A stretch of DNA of 64,000 bases. Origin: Podarcis vaucheri (Eukaryota). The notes beneath the pieces are model-generated. The model had not been told where the DNA came from and ran no database searches. It saw nothing but the letters and a program-made list of their open reading frames with translations. Below, one piece after another: positions 27,159 to 42,079 of this stretch; positions within the stretch are counted from its first letter, which is position 1, and the number at the start of each line of letters is the position of its first letter. The position numbers and the translations under genes are program-made. The stretch is taken from the NCBI GenBank assembly GCA_965113315.1, contig OZ220363.1. One strand, written 5' to 3'.

Positions 27159-30100
27159 TATTTAATAATTCCCCCCCCCCCCGACCAAGCCAAACTTGTT
27201 CCATGAAAAGGAATAGAATCTTCATAACACCTGAAAGATGTTTATACTGAGGAGGGGGGAAATGCCTCACATTCAACAGCTCATTTTGCAGTTCTGGCCT
27301 CAATTCAGAGATCCTTTGGCCCTGAAGATGTTGCTGAACTGCAACTCACACTATCCCTGGCCATCGGCCACATTTGCTATGGCTGAAGGGAGCTGTAATT
27401 CAGCAACATCTTCAGGGCCAAAAGGGTCTCCATACCTGGATTATACAATGAGGAAGGAAAGATCACTGGAAATTAATTTGTCCTAACAGAAGCAATGGTA
27501 AGCTACTTCTGTCCCACAATTGTGAGCTGATTCCAAACTTACTGCATGTGTGAATGAAGTTCACAAACAGAAGTTCCATGTTATTGACAAATTTCCTGAT
27601 TTTCCATGGAATCCCACAAAACACAAACTTACTTCTGAGTAAAAGAAAATGCCTAGCTATTACTATTTTCTTAGAACACTACTTTTCCAATGGGATCTCA
27701 TTACTGCATCACCATCTCCACAAGTGTACCTAATAAAATGTTAAGACACACAGAGCAGCATGTTATCTAAAGGTCACAATGTTCTCTTGAGCTTAAAACC
27801 AGTTTTTGAAGCTCCTGGAGTTTTCAGAAGGTAGTAAATGCCATGAAACTGATTAGCATTCTATAAACAGACAGTTCATTAGCGCACACTTATTATTCAC
27901 CATCATAATTTAAAATCAGCTTTGCAAATCAGTTTCCAAAAAAAGCAGTCAGGCTACATGCCATTAACCTTTGGTTCTTATGATCATTGTACATAATTCA
28001 TAACTGGATTTAGTCTTTAATTTTCCATTAAATGTGCTTTGTAACAACTTCCACTAAAACCTAGAGAGTTTCATCAACAGCTGTATTAAAACAGATGCTT
28101 AAAACATCTACTAACACAAGGATATTTAATCACAAAATCACTGTTCATTCAAAATTGTCCAGCCATTAAACATGCAAAATTAAGTTTACTTTGGCACATT
28201 TAATGTTATTAGAGGAGGATGAAGTCTGAGCTAAGGGTATAATTTTTAGGCAGAAAAACAATATATACCTGAACTATACCCTTACAAGATCTGGAAGGCT
28301 GTGTGGCCAATTATTTTTTGCCTGCCACAGTCATCTTAAGTCCATTATAGTTATCTGAACCTGTCCTCAGATAACATTTCCTCTTAACAGAAATGTATTT
28401 ATTTATTAAAACAATTTTTACTAAATAAAATTTATCCTGCCTTTCTATATTTTTCAGACTATTGTCTAATTCAAGATCCCAAGATATTTATACATATTCC
28501 TTCCTGCACATCCTAGCAAAGTTACTACAGAGGTACATATATATTTGTTCATGTGATTTCGCAGGCGAGATCTCACCTTGAAAAAAGTGAGGTGCCCCCA
28601 AATGCACGTTTTTGGGCACCACGAGAGCACAGCCCTGAAAAATGCTCGTCTTTTAGGCTCTGTGGCACATCCCGGTTTTGGGATTCAACATGTTGGAGGG
28701 TATGCTGCAAGCAACTGAAACAGAGGTGCATCACACTAATATATTTTTGCTGCCTTCTTATTCTTTTCCTCATAATCTTCTCCATCCACCTTTTCCTCCC
28801 CTCCCTCATCTAGGCCAGCATCCTGTTCTCACAGTGGCTGGCTAGATGCCTGTGGGAAGCACACAAGCAGGAACTGAGTGCAACAGCAATCTCCTTCCCT
28901 GTGGTTTCCAGCAATCTACCTACAGGACAATCTTATAAACGAGTACTTTACATCTCTCCAACCCAAGCTAAGCTTTCAAGCACACTGAAAGATTTTGACA
29001 CCTTCCAACATTTCAATGACACAGGTGTCATTTGATACTCTTATGAACACGTCTCTATTAAACCTGTCACCAAGATAGATAAATATTCCATATTTAGATC
29101 AGTGATAATTACATTGACAGAAGGGTCTTGGTCACCCTGTTCAGAATTATGATCTATGTCTCTCCAGCACTTTCCTTTCATAGTCTCTCACTATAAACAC
29201 TACTGGTTTTTCCACCTTGGGGCATCATAAGATATTAGCCTAATAGCAGAAGCAGTTTACAAAACTTTGGATCTTGAAAGCTTAAAATGGCTTCAGCTTC
29301 AATTTTTTTTAAAACAAGAGTTGGGAACTTGTGCCCCTCCAGTTGCTCTGTACTGTGACACCCCTCTGTCCCAGCAATGAGGAGTGTTGCCAGGGTGGAT
29401 TTACTATGAAACTAATGAATCTTGAGCTTTCACGCCCCTAATCCCGAAGGGGCCCCAGAAGTGTCCACATTGTTTTAAAAGTCTGGCTCTAGTGGACCCA
29501 ATTTGAGTTGCATGATGCAAATTGATTAAATTTTTGTTGCATATTATTCCGACAATCCCGAAGTTTGAGAGTCAGTAGCACACATGTTGTAAAGGTGGAA
29601 CGTAGTTGTAAGCTGGATGTTTTCCCCCTATTTTGTCCCCCCCCCCGGTTATTCCTCTAGGGTTCCCTCAAGACCTGAGGAGGAGAACAGGGGCAATCAT
29701 TCCAGATGGCAAGCCAAAATGCTTGCACTCAATGAACAATTAGAAGAGCATGGCACTGATTTCCTCTAAGGGTCTTCTCTTTTATTTTTTGGAGGGGGTT
29801 GTCATAGTGTGTGTTGTTTTTGCAAAAGACTTTACTGTAAATAAATCATTGAATAAGTACTTCCAATGAATCTGGGGACATTGGCAGTTCACTTGGAAAA
29901 GTTTCAACCTGTTCTCTTTACTGCCTTTATCACACTTTCCAGGAATGACTTCTTTTCTTGCACAACCTATTTTGAAACCAGAGAACAGAAGCAATATAAC
30001 AATATACTGACTCTGCACTGTAAAAAAAAAGGTCATTATATCACAATATGCTGTACATAAATATATTTTTCTGTACATTAACACAGGGCTTTATCAACTA

Positions 30101-31369
30101 ATGCAAATGCACTATTCAACATTCTTCATAGTTTCACCACAGTGCCATCGAATAAAAGTATTAATTTATGCACACCGCCATGAAAAGAACAGCTCTTAAG
30201 AGCCTGGAAGACCAAGTTTTCCTTTACTTTTCAGTGTTTCTTTCTTCTCTAAAATAATTTTTCTAACCAACTTCATCAACCATGTGGAGTTATGCCCTGA
30301 ATGATTAGTACTGTAGATCAGAAAAGGGCATGCAAATGAAGAATTTTTTTGGTTGAGGGATCTGTGCCAGCTAGATAGCAGGAAACATTTTATTCTTAGT
30401 GAGAATAAATCCCTTTAAACTAGCACATATTTTGAAGGCCCACACAAACCCTTACTCATGCTATACATTCACAAACTTACGAGTCCAGTGCATTAATACA
30501 ATAAAACAATAAAAATTAAAGTCTTAATTTATGACTTACTAATAGCAGAATTCAGCTGCTGTTTTTAGGAACTCACAGTTCTAGCCTGGACTCTATAAAG
30601 TCTGGAGAGGACTGTGGTTGCATTATCTACAGAAAGTGTTGAAGTGTTAAATCTTTGCATTAATAAAGGCTAAAACAAAAAAGCCCTGTGAAACCAAACA
30701 TATACTACTTCATCTCTACTGTGCTGCTTTCAATTCTCGGCAAAGCTGCCACCCATTCACAGTCAAGACATGTTATATGGCAATAATTAAGCAACACTTC
30801 TGGCTGTTGAGATTCTTAGTTCACAGCAAGCCAGAAGAAAGCAGAGTTAATTCTATGAGGGTAATGTTTATGCCATCCGCGCCTAAGGAAGGTCATTATG
30901 CCCCTACTAAGAACATGCAATCTTTTTGCCAGACATTCTTAGGCTGTTGACTGTCAAAATCCATGTAATAGCACACCATGTCCTTTGACATTGAAGGTGG
31001 TTTCTCTGAACTATTTTTAAAGGCAGACAATCCAATAGGCATAGGATTTTCTTTTACTAGCACGATCATTCCAAACTGGTTCTCCCATCCCCTATTTCAT
31101 TTATACATTTTTTCTTTTCTCAAAGTTAGCAATTCAGATTTTGATTATTTTTGTATCTCATCCTTTAACCAAGCAGCTCAACACTCTCCGCTTTGGCTAT
31201 TTCTTGCAACATTTTATTGCTGTTCCTTACGCATATCATACTATTATGAATCATACTGCCGCAAGATGAAATAATGTTTTCCATAATATTTAATTCAACT
31301 TAACATCAAATGTTTCTAAAAAGTGGCACTGATTAGAATAAATCACAGACCAATCTTTTTCGTACTTAC

Positions 31370-31499
31370 CTTTCTCACATTGTAAAAATCCCGATGAGGA
31401 TTACTCTTGAGTTCTTTAAGTTCAGACATTTCATTTAACATCTCATGTAAACCAAACTTAGATCCTAGAAAGTTAAGCCGCTTATGGCAGTATGTTTTT
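31370..31499 (-). CDS. AMPD3: AMPD3 exon 6 ([43 protein letters not shown])
   Basis: cgcag acceptor, gtaagt donor, 130 bp. Confidence 0.96.
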
Positions 31500-31567
31500 C
31501 TGCGGAAAAGGAAACACCGTACCTTAAGTATGGTCTGACAGAAAATGAGAATGCTTTTACTTAAATA

Positions 31568-31630
31568 ATCATAGAATTGGAAGGGACCCAAAGAGTCATC
31601 TATTTCAACCCCCTGCAATGCAGGAATCAG
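31568..31630 (-). mobile_element. CR1 LINE 3' terminal fragment
   Basis: ATCATAGAATTGGAAGGGACC... is the reverse complement of the CR1 (ATTCTATG) tail. Confidence 0.65.
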
Positions 31631-31850
31631 ATATCCACTTAAGAATTAGAAATGTAACTTTTTCTTCTTCTTAAAGGTGTTGCAAAATACTGGAGCCGTA
31701 GGCCAAGCACTGCCACTGATCAACCCTGTTCCAATCCCACATTTGAGAGATTCAGACTATTAAAACTACCTCACGGCTGCAAACCTAAACACATTTACTA
31801 AAGTGAGACCCTCTTTCTTTGTCCTTCACACAGACAACCAAAAGTCAATA

Positions 31851-32114
31851 CAGTGGTACCTCGCAAGACGAATGCCTTGCAAGACGAAAAACTCGCAAGA
31901 CGAAAGAGTTTTTCGTTTTTTGAGTTGCTTCGCAAGACGAATTTCCCTATGGGCTTGCTTCGCAAGACGAAAACGTCTTGCAAGTTTGTTTCCTTTTTCC
32001 TATGGGAAACCGTTTCAATGCATTCCTATGGGAAACCGTGCTTCGCAAGACGAAAAATTCGCAAGACGAAAAAACTCGCAGAACGAATTAATTTTGTCTT
32101 GCGAGGCACCACTG
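31851..32114. mobile_element. Tigger/pogo-like MITE (CGCAAGACGAA interior)
   Basis: TA|CAGTGGTACCTCGCAAGAC ... GTCTTGCGAGGCACCACTG|TA. Many intact CpGs suggest a young copy. Confidence 0.88.
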
Positions 32115-32434
32115 TATCAGAGATCAAGGGCACATTTCAAACAACAAAAAACACTCAAGGAGGATGCAAAGTCAGGCTAGAGAAAGGCATGACCTCAGGA
32201 GAAGGACTATAGCTGGGAAGTGGGTGTGGCCTGGAGACAGGTCCAAGCACCAGACAGAGAGTTCTGGAAGATCACAGATTACCCCTGGGTCTGAGGATCC
32301 CCACCCCTGGTTGACACTGTACGTCCCAGAACATCATTTAACATAATAGGTTTGACGTTCATAGCAGCAGCACAACTGTTGAAGCATACAATAGGCTAGC
32401 ATTAGGGAATTCTCAAAGTTAAACAAAGCCATAC

Positions 32435-32654
32435 GTTGGGCCATCTGCAATGAGAGCCAGCACATGACTGAGGTCAAGGGTGTAAGTCTGAAGATCAGGA
32501 TAAGGCAAGTTCCACGGCTCATCAGCTTCCATCATTTCTTTGCTCTCATAAACGAAGAAAATGCCTGCCTTCATCTTTACAACATAATCCAGATTCCCTG
32601 GAGAATCATCAAGATTGTAAAGGTCCTGCAGGTCTTTTGGGGGTGGATGAAAAT
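32435..32654 (-). CDS. AMPD3: AMPD3 exon 5 ([24 protein letters not shown]...LALIADGPT)
   Basis: ttatag acceptor, gtatg donor, 220 bp, phases fit both neighbours. Confidence 0.95.
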
Positions 32655-33838
32655 CTATAAAAATGTCCAAATCAATAAATTTCTGTCATCATTCAAAATA
32701 CAGTATTGTTTCTATTCACAATATTCCAACAAAAAAAGAGCAGTAATAGACATGAAAATCATGAAGTGCTATATAGGATATCTACTGTCACATGAATGTC
32801 ATCTTAACTCCATGCAACATGGTACTATGGTACGTATCAGCCCCAAAACATGGAGTGAAACCCAACTCATGCTTAACCATTTATTTCAGTGATATTTGAT
32901 ATTTATGGTAATGTTCTTTACCATGGACCAAACTGCATCCATGGCCCAAAATCCAGAAGTTCAGAATGTGTTATATGAAAGCTATCCAAGCAAAGTATGA
33001 AAAAATGTGATATTATACATGGGGCTGATACACCAACATAAACATTTTGAATTAGGATGCAAATCAAAATACACTCTGTAAAATCTCTGCAGTCTTAAGT
33101 ATAGGGCATACAGCTAGTGACCCCTCCAAATATTGCCAGACTACACCTACAGTAACCATTGGCCATACTGGCTGGGGCTGATGAGAGTTGAAATTCAAAA
33201 ACATCTGGGGGGGCACAATGTGTTCACCTGTGGTTTAATGTTTGCGCTGCTGAGAGGGAAGAATTTTTGTGGCCAAAATTTGCACAGTTGCATAGGGCTG
33301 AAGCCAATATGTTCAAGGATAGAGCGTGCTAAACGTGAAAGCTGGGTGTGCAAATCCCTGTTCATATCTGAACTGGGTTACAAGCTAATCCCCACTTTCA
33401 CCATTCCTCAAAAACAAGGGTTGGGGAAAACCCCATCTAGCAAAGCTGCAAGAGGAACTGACTTACTTGTATAATGCTGTGGGTGATTAGTTCAACTAAC
33501 AATGCTTCCTATCGGAGTGATGGTTGCTGAACCTCCAATTAAATATTGAAAGTGCACTGCTAATTTGCCACCAAGCATAGTGTATGGACTTGACTAGCAT
33601 TTTTCTGAGCAGCAGTGAATATATTGCACAGAACTGCACTATCCCTATATCTTTATGTGATTATTTACTCTTGAAGAACAAAATGGCAACACATTTATTA
33701 GAGTAAAACCTTGTGCAAGGCTGGAAGTAATACTATTACCAGAATATTGATCAAGTGGGCATATTAAGAACAGTAAAAGTTAATCATCTCTTAGGTTTTC
33801 ATGCACCAAAACCTTTAAAAAAACTGCAGCTAATTTAC

Positions 33839-34004
33839 CTGGAAGTACTTCATCTTCATCTTTCCACTGTTCATTTCTCATACTGCATAAATATTGGGCT
33901 GTTGTCCTTGGAAAGCGATGGTAAGCAAGGCGACAATACTTTTCTCTAATAAGGAGAGCTTTTGCCAAATTCTTGGCAGCCTGCTCATAATCATCAACAG
34001 TAAC
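33839..34004 (-). CDS. AMPD3: AMPD3 exon 4 ([33 protein letters not shown]...EVLP)
   Basis: cttcag acceptor, gtaaat donor, 166 bp. Confidence 0.95.
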
Positions 34005-34657
34005 CTGAAGGGAGAAATTATACAATTAACCACTAGAGTTGGGGGTTTTTAATGCTACTATAAACATCCGAAACACATTTGCTTGACAGCTAGGCCTACT
34101 TCTCACTGAAGCAATAAATCAATGTGTTGGTCGTACCACTGTAGATTGTAAGTGGGTGTTCCTCTATACACAAGAATTCTCTACCCACAGAAAACTAGTA
34201 CAACATGGAGGAGACTGTTCTCTGAAATCTTATTAACTATGTTGAAGAAAATCTGTATTTGGATGAGCATTCAATTGTGGCAGTCTCCACTTGTACCGTG
34301 AAGTAAAATTGTTCAATATTTACCATCTCAGTGACAGGCATTAAGACCTAGAGATTTCAATATAGCCTACAAATGTCATTAGGATTTCATCTAGGCAGAC
34401 CAGTGAACTAAACCATTATAGAAACAGTCAAATCTACCCTATATTGTCAATCAAAATTCTTCATGCATTTACCTCCAGATGAAGCAAAAGGCTTCTTATG
34501 ATAACATGTAAATACTTCATGCACAGTTCCACCTGTGTCTTAATACTTCCCTACATAGATCCATAGATCAGTAATGTAATGGTGAACTTTAGCTGAATCT
34601 TGAAGCTTTTAAGAAAGTATGTACAGTAACCCAGGTTACCAGCACCCTGGATATATA

Positions 34658-34977
34658 CGTAACTCGCATCTTACGCTTCTTTTACCTACATATTTGCAGC
34701 TATGAACGGAGGGGGTTGATGGGAATAAATAAATGGAGAGTGGACAAAACCCACTCACACATAGCTACAAGCACAGGCTTACTTGACTTCAGGAAGGCAG
34801 AGCAAGCGGGCTCTGGCAGCATCCCAGAGCCTTCACGCTGCCTTCCCAAAGCCAGGTGAGCAGCCCTCCTCCACCTTGCAACGGGTTGGGTAGGCACTTC
34901 CAGGGGTTCCTTGCTTTATGTGTTTTTGCATTTATTTGTGGCCCCCTGAAACCCTCGCGTAAGATGTGAGTTACCTG
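34658..34977. mobile_element. Tc1/mariner-type MITE
   Basis: Inverted ends GTAACTCGCATCTTACGC / GCGTAAGATGTGAGTTAC in a TATA context. Confidence 0.65.
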
Positions 34978-35479
34978 TATATAGTAGTTTTGGAAATGAT
35001 AGCAATGTGATCAGACAGGATGTACAACACTTGCTGGAAGAGATCTCACTTGGGATAAGAGAACCCCTTTACCTCAGCTCTCTGCCAGGTAGCAATACAT
35101 GTTCATGTCAACATGTTTGATCATTATCTGAAGTTGGAGAGCCAAGTGCTGCTTCACACGTGCACCGGCTACATATACACCAAGAAGAAACCGCCTACCT
35201 GCACAAATGGAATATGGAAGTCACCGTGGGAGGTATGCATGGGCCTCCTATTCCAGGTAATTATTTGGACATGTTATAATCTGCTCAGCTCTTTGTGCCC
35301 CTAACTGAAGGCCAGGAGGAAAAGAGGATGAGAGAATAAAGGCCTCCTTTGATCCCTGTGCAGGTCATTTTTTATCTTGTACACAGGTAATAACTTATAT
35401 CTGTATTCCAAAGCAAGATGGTAATACTGTATCGTGTTTTTGTTAATTGACAAGACAAGTGTTACATGTCTACTGCACA

Positions 35480-35977
35480 GAGAAGGGTGGGGAACTGAAT
35501 TTGACTAACAGGCAAGACTGTTATCTTCCCTACCACCTGTGGGCCAAATCTGACAGGTGAGTTGGGTGACTATTTGTCAGTCACCTGAGATCACAGTGCT
35601 GTCAAGTGATCTTTTTTTGCCTGCACATTCTGAAACCAGTCTGAGTGCTTTGCAAAGCCCACTGCAAAGTGCTCTGCAAGACCAGAGATGTGAAGGTGCA
35701 GAAAAAGAATGGGGAGGGGAGAGAATTGAAGGAAAATGTTGGTTTCTGGGCCTTCACATCGCTATGAAAGACCCAATGATCAGCTGGTTGGCAGTGCCTG
35801 CAACGCCCTCTGCAGGTACTGCCCATCAGTTGTGCCTTCAAACCCCTTTCAGCTGAGCCAGGTTTACCTGCCCCACAACGGATGACAGGTGTAGGTCAGG
35901 TGAGCATGGCTGGGTCAAAATGGCTTTACAGGTGCCAAAGACTAGGGGGTTGGCAGGCTAGAGGTTCTCTAGCCCTG
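35480..35977. mobile_element. Old hAT-like non-autonomous element (related copy at ~8132-8470)
   Basis: GGGTGGGGAAC...GGTTCTCTAGCCCTG ends, internal inverted repeats, similarity to 8132-8470. Confidence 0.5.
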
Positions 35978-36118
35978 GAATACAATCTCTAGAGTAACTA
36001 GGCAAATATAAGCTTTATAAAAGAACAATTTAATTTCACATTACACAAGCATACAACAGTTAACATTTTTTTCCCTTTTCTCTCTCTCTAAAAAAGGAAA
36101 AATTGACTGATTCCTTAC

Positions 36119-36314
36119 CCCAGCACAGTAATCCCCACTAATTGTAACTCTTTGAAATTCTGGTACATCATACATCCTTTGGGTGGGTTGCAAAGAACCT
36201 GGAAGCACTGGAGTAGGAGGAGACACAACTGGGGTGTCTGACAGAGCTCTCGCTTCTTGTGGTGGAATTTGCAGCGACAAGGACTGGGACCGGATCATCT
36301 TGAAACTTTTCTTC
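36119..36314 (-). CDS. AMPD3: AMPD3 exon 3 ([18 protein letters not shown]...[15 protein letters not shown])
   Basis: ttag acceptor, gtaagg donor, 196 bp; separated from exon 2 by a 149-bp intron. Confidence 0.95.
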
Positions 36315-36453
36315 CTAAGTTTCCATAGCACACAACACGTAAGTGAGTAAGACACATCTCGAGATCAACAAAATCAGCTTTATGGTTAAATTTTACTTCA
36401 AATATGTCCTGCCATTATGTATATAAAGACTTTAAGTTACTTCTGCATTGTCA

Positions 36454-36717
<264 letters not shown>

Positions 36718-39700
36718 CTACATGTTACAGTTAGTTATCAAAAATAAATCACTGTCCTTTTAGTTAATCCTAGAGTCATTAAAAATTTGCGCAGTTTTAC
36801 ACCACTGTAATGGTTTTCAGTGAACACTATGTTCTTTTAACAGTCACCAGAGCAATAATTTTCTTATATGGCAATACCAGTTTTGGAGCTTAGGGCTACT
36901 CAACAAGAATTTTCAAAATCAGATGAAGAAATGCTCTACTCACTCCTGCATGATGTATTTCAAATTTTCTAGTTTTGATTCTGATGCCTATGATCACTAT
37001 ACTCCAATCCTAAACATTTTGAATGAATTTTTTAAAATAAGTATCATTAGCTGTTTGCAAGTGCAAAGCATTGTGAGTTTCTCACTCTTTCCAAACATCA
37101 GCCCTAGAAATCACATTTGAAACTTCCCAGAGTTACAAAATAGGCATTTCAAACCATGTGGCAGGCTGCTGTCAAGGGAGGAAAATAGAAGACTCACTGG
37201 GCACATAAAACAAGACAGCACAGTTTTAGATTGTGGCAATTACTGAAGCACAAGTCAATTTTCATGAATTGGGCTGACTAAACAAAGAACACAAATTTAG
37301 CTTATTTATACAAAGTACAATGTGTGATGAAGTGGTTGAATGATACCTTCATTAAGCACCCATCTCACAACTCCATCCACAATTACCACAGCACCACTCA
37401 ACTCACTTTTAGCAGCTCTGGGAGGGCACTGTAGCTTTGGGGTGAGCAGTGATTGCTTTGACTTACGCTGTATTGAATTTAGATGCACAGTATTTTCTCA
37501 ACCATTTGGCTGTGTGAATTGGTGCAATATCCACCGGAAACTAGTAAAACTTAGAAATAATGAATGCAATCCAGCATGTATTAGGCACACCTCAGTCCTT
37601 TTGAAATAAATGAAGCTCAACTGGACAGGCTAACGTTAAATTGCATCTACTATTGGCCGTATGTGGCATGCAGCAATGCAAACCTTATACATGTCAGAAA
37701 TAAGTCTGAGTTCAGTAGGGATTACCCCCAAGTAAGTGGCATAGGATTACACCTACCTGGAAGCCTGCCCCATTGAATTTAACTAGATTTATCCTTGATC
37801 AGACATGAGTAATTGCACTGATTTCAACATGTTTAAGGATTAATGCTGATTCATCTTTCCTTTTATTGTGCACCTCTGTGTTTAGGACTTAGCACAGCTT
37901 TGTGAAGAAGGTGGTAGAGCTCTAGGAACCTGCCAGAGCCTCAAGCCTCCTCACCAAAACCCAGCTCCTCACTTGGGTGACAAGGCAGGATATGGCCAAT
38001 GGGTTCTGTGTCAAAGTAGTCTTGTGATCCACTTGGTATTAAAAATAGGGCCACCCTGGTCTACAACCAGATTGTCTTACGATTGTATTAAGGACCACTG
38101 AATTCCATTTATGAGCTACCTGGCCCTTGGCATCAGCTTCAGAGGTACCACTTCCGTGTCATCATGAGACAGCATGAGAAACAGTACCATTTAAATGGTG
38201 CCAATACAGCTCTGGAACATTATTCCAACTGAGCTGCATCAGCCCCCCAGTACAGACATCATTTAACATAATTTGAAAACATCTCTTTCACTCCAGGTCT
38301 TTAATCTTTTGAAGTCCTATTTAATTTTGTTACTGCCTGAGTTTCAGTCTGAATTGTATCTTGTGTTTTAAAATCTGCATTTGATTTAAGGAAAACCAAC
38401 TTAGTTGTATTTTATGGTTGAATTTTATATACGCAGCTAGCCATTCTGGTTATGACTGTAAAAGAGCAAAATATAAATAATAAATTGTTTATTTATTATT
38501 TCAAGTGCCCTCCTACCATTTTTCATAGCCAAACGGTTGAAAGTTTCAAATGATAGCAAATAGTCATCATTCTAATTCATACCATTTTTCTATCATAAAT
38601 GTCAAGCAATTTTGCAATGGAATAATTTGTGTTTATAAGAGGAAGAGTGTTTAAACTGAATCTCTAAGATTATATTCTGCCTTTAAACTCTATGTGGGGA
38701 AAGAGAAAGATCAGCATTAATAGCAATTTTAAAAAGCTTTCCCTCCCCCATAAGATATTTACTGCATTCTCTATACAAACCAAAACAACCTTCATTCATG
38801 AATAGCTTTAATTTAAGTAACAAAGAAAACTCTTTAACATTCCTTTTTAAAGTCCATTTTTTATCAACCATTCCTCTTAAATAAGCTATATAATAATTAC
38901 TCTGGAATATAATCTTGCAATATTTAGTTTCAATTTTTAAAATGCATCTTAAATTCCTTGTACTTGTCAGTTACTACATGAAGCCAAAGTTTCTATTAAC
39001 ACCTGCTAAAAATGTTCATGAACCAATAAACTATTTTTAAAAACCCTGTGTGGAAATGTAGGCCTGGGCATTGAATTCTAAATTTATCCCTGGTTTCAAA
39101 GCCAAAGGCATGGCTGAACTCTAACCACTTTAAAGTCCTATTAATTTCAGTGAAAGTGTTAAAGCATGTGTTGAAATATCTCTTGTTGAAATCAAAGGGT
39201 TTTTAAGGGCTTAGCATTATTAGGAGCCTTACCCAGTCAATCAGCGTTGCTTTGATTACGAGGAAGAAAACATCCTGAAAACAAAATCATTCCCAAAAGT
39301 TGTGTAACTTGGAGCAGTCTTTATGTGATGCTATTCCTACATGCATGACTCCACTTTCCAACTGTTGGCATCTGAGCTTGTTGTTAAATGGGAAACAATC
39401 TTCTATTAATAGCTACTAGCTGTGATGACTGCTTGGGAAATGATTTATTTTCAGTCTAAAAACAATTTCAAACATTACATGTTGATATATTCTAGTGATT
39501 GCTAATAAATAAGGTGCCAAAGTATTTCAACATTCCCATTTCTTTGTACTGCACAGGATGTTTCCCTTCCCTTCCTCCCCCTTTTTTGGTCTCTGCAACA
39601 AGGTTTCTAACTGGCTTTTCTGCTAAGTCTGTTGTAACCAACATATTGTACAAGGTCTAAGTCCAGGTCTATAACTATCCACCAAGAACAATCAAGTCTT

Positions 39701-40489
39701 GTAACACAGGTGGTGTCTTCTATTGCTCAGACCAAAGGTCTTGAGTGTCCCAAGATGTCTTTTCAAAATGGGAAACCTGTGGGACAACGCCTATCATCCC
39801 TGACCATTAGCCCATCTGGCTGGGTCTGATGGGAGCTGGAATCCAACATCTGGAGGACCACAGATTCCCAACCCCTGCTGTAGACTAAAATAAATATTTA
39901 TTTTGCCACTATCCATCCAAGGTCTCAGCCTGCATTCCTTTAAGCAAGAAAGTAGGGATAAAGAAACCCATGTCCTCTTACCATTGCTAAAGCTGAACCC
40001 AGCTACTCCACTCTGCAAGGTGTGAGATTCCCCACCCTTGGAGATTTATGGAAACCTGAATGCTTGGGGGGGGGATTTTCCAGCTGACATGGCTGGTACT
40101 CCTAATGAGGCTCCCATCTCGCTATGGAATGGTGAAATGCATAGAGCCATTGACACAACCATTCCTGGGTGCCCTCACCATTTCTGTGGAGCACTTAGGT
40201 TGCCTTGGTATTCTAGTAACCAGCATGAAATGAAGCAGTGTTGGTAGGTAAGAGTGCAGGTGATGCAAATCTTAGCCCAAACCTGAACAAACACTAGTTT
40301 CCTCACAGCAGTGGCAAAAAAACACTTTACTTCTCTGCCACCAGTGCATCAACAAGTAGCTATGTAGCTGAGCTTTTCCAAGTGGTGGATGGGCTTTTGT
40401 TATCTGGCCAAGAGACTAGCACTCTGACACATTTGGAGGTCTGCTGTAACAACACTGAGACACAAGAGGGGCAGAATTGCACAGATTCA

Positions 40490-41510
40490 GACAGTTATGA
40501 GACCTGGGAGGGGTTCCATCTTGTCCTCCTGCTATTGAATACCTATACAAAGCACCTGGGATATACTATCAGGATATCTGGAGTGAGGTATCATCATTAT
40601 GCAGACAAGACCCAGCTGTCACTCTCTCTGTTCCATCAGAATTGGGAGAGGCAGTTAAGGTGTTAAGACCAGTTCTTGTGGGCAGCAGTGGGCTGGATGT
40701 GGACCAATAAACTAAACTTGAATCCTGAAAAGCCAGATGTGTTTCATGTCCTGAGTTCTCAAGTCCAGGATGCGGGGGGGTGTGTGTGTGGACTGACTGT
40801 TCTGGATGGGCTTGCACACTTCTGGAAGGTGTGACTAGGAGTACATTTTTTTCAGCTACAGCTACAGTTTGGCAGCTATGGCTCTTTCTGGACAAAAATT
40901 CTTTGGCTACTGTACTCCATGCTCTGGTAACTTCCAGGCTGCACTATGGTGGTGCGCTCAGTGTGGGGCTGCCCTTCAAGATGACTCAGAAACTTCAAAT
41001 GTTCTAAAATGCAGCAGCTGGATTACAGCCTTGGGTTCCATTAGTATCTCATCTAAATCCCTGTTCTAAAACAGCTGAATTGGTTGCCAGTTTGTTTCTG
41101 GGCACTGATGCTCATGAAATGTATAAAGCCCTAAAGACTTAGACCCCCCAAAAATGAAAGACCACATCCTTCCCTGCATAACCTCTTGGGTATTAAGATC
41201 AGCAGAGGGTTCCCTCTTGGTACTTCCAGCACACTTAGAGAAGTGGTGTGTGTGATCCAGGTGAGGGTGTTCTCTGAACCATCCCATAAGCTGTGGAACT
41301 CTATCCCCAGAGGAGTGTCTGACACCTTCACTATGCAGTCTCTTAACCCTGGCCTTTGACACTTGCAATGTACTTTTTTAAGACCCACCCTATTCTTGTA
41401 ATTGTAATTTATTTCAAACTGTTTGGAAGGTTGCCTTTTGAATTGTAGTGACCTGCCCTGGCATCTTAGTATGAAGGGCAGGTAATAAATACATTTATTA
41501 ATTTATTATT
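40490..41510 (+). mobile_element. Degraded L2 LINE (RT C-terminus and 3' end)
   Basis: Fragments YHHYADKTQL and LHALVTSRLHYGGALSVGLPFKMTQKLQ..NAAA match L2 ORF2 motifs; TTA-rich tail. Confidence 0.8.
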
Positions 41511-42079
41511 TGAATTCAGTGAACACTTATTTATTTTTGACATTTATTAGTTGCCTCGCCATATAAATTCTCTAGGCGATATACAATAAATTAAACATGC
41601 AAGGCTAGCTCTCTGCAGTACTCAAGAATCAAGGAGCGAACTAGGCTAGGTGATGTCCCTGCACATCAGTTTATGTGCTCTTACCAAAGTAGCAAAATCC
41701 AGAAACTTACTATGATTTCCAAATCCAAAAATGACTTGCTCTGTTTTGGGAGGGGAGAAGCAGAGCAACAAGATGAATAAGGCCAAAGCTACAACTGGAA
41801 ACCGTGGGAACTAAATGAGTCAGTGCATTAACCTGAAGTTTCCGGAATGGGTTTTTAAAAAATAAAAATCAAGTATTAGTATACCGTTTCTGTTCGGGAT
41901 TTTTTTTGGAGGGGGGGCAGGATAGGTAAATAACTTGTTCTCAATCCACCTCTTCAGGAACTGTTCTCACTCTTCCTCTTTCAGAAGATTGATTCAGGAA
42001 CCCAGCTATGGGGGATCCTGAATATTTTATGAGCGCATGCCATGAAAATGAGTCTTATTCTGCTGTGGCGAAGAAAGTA

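Noticed and set aside
30978-31280. Possible old L1 ORF2 fragments on the - strand (also 38680-38960)
   Set aside because: Resemblance is too weak to call without a repeat search.
39982-40012. Possible 31-nt AMPD3 micro-exon (ttgcag|...AATG|gtaaga)
   Set aside because: It would shift the frame, has no in-frame ATG upstream, and such splice-site pairs are common by chance.
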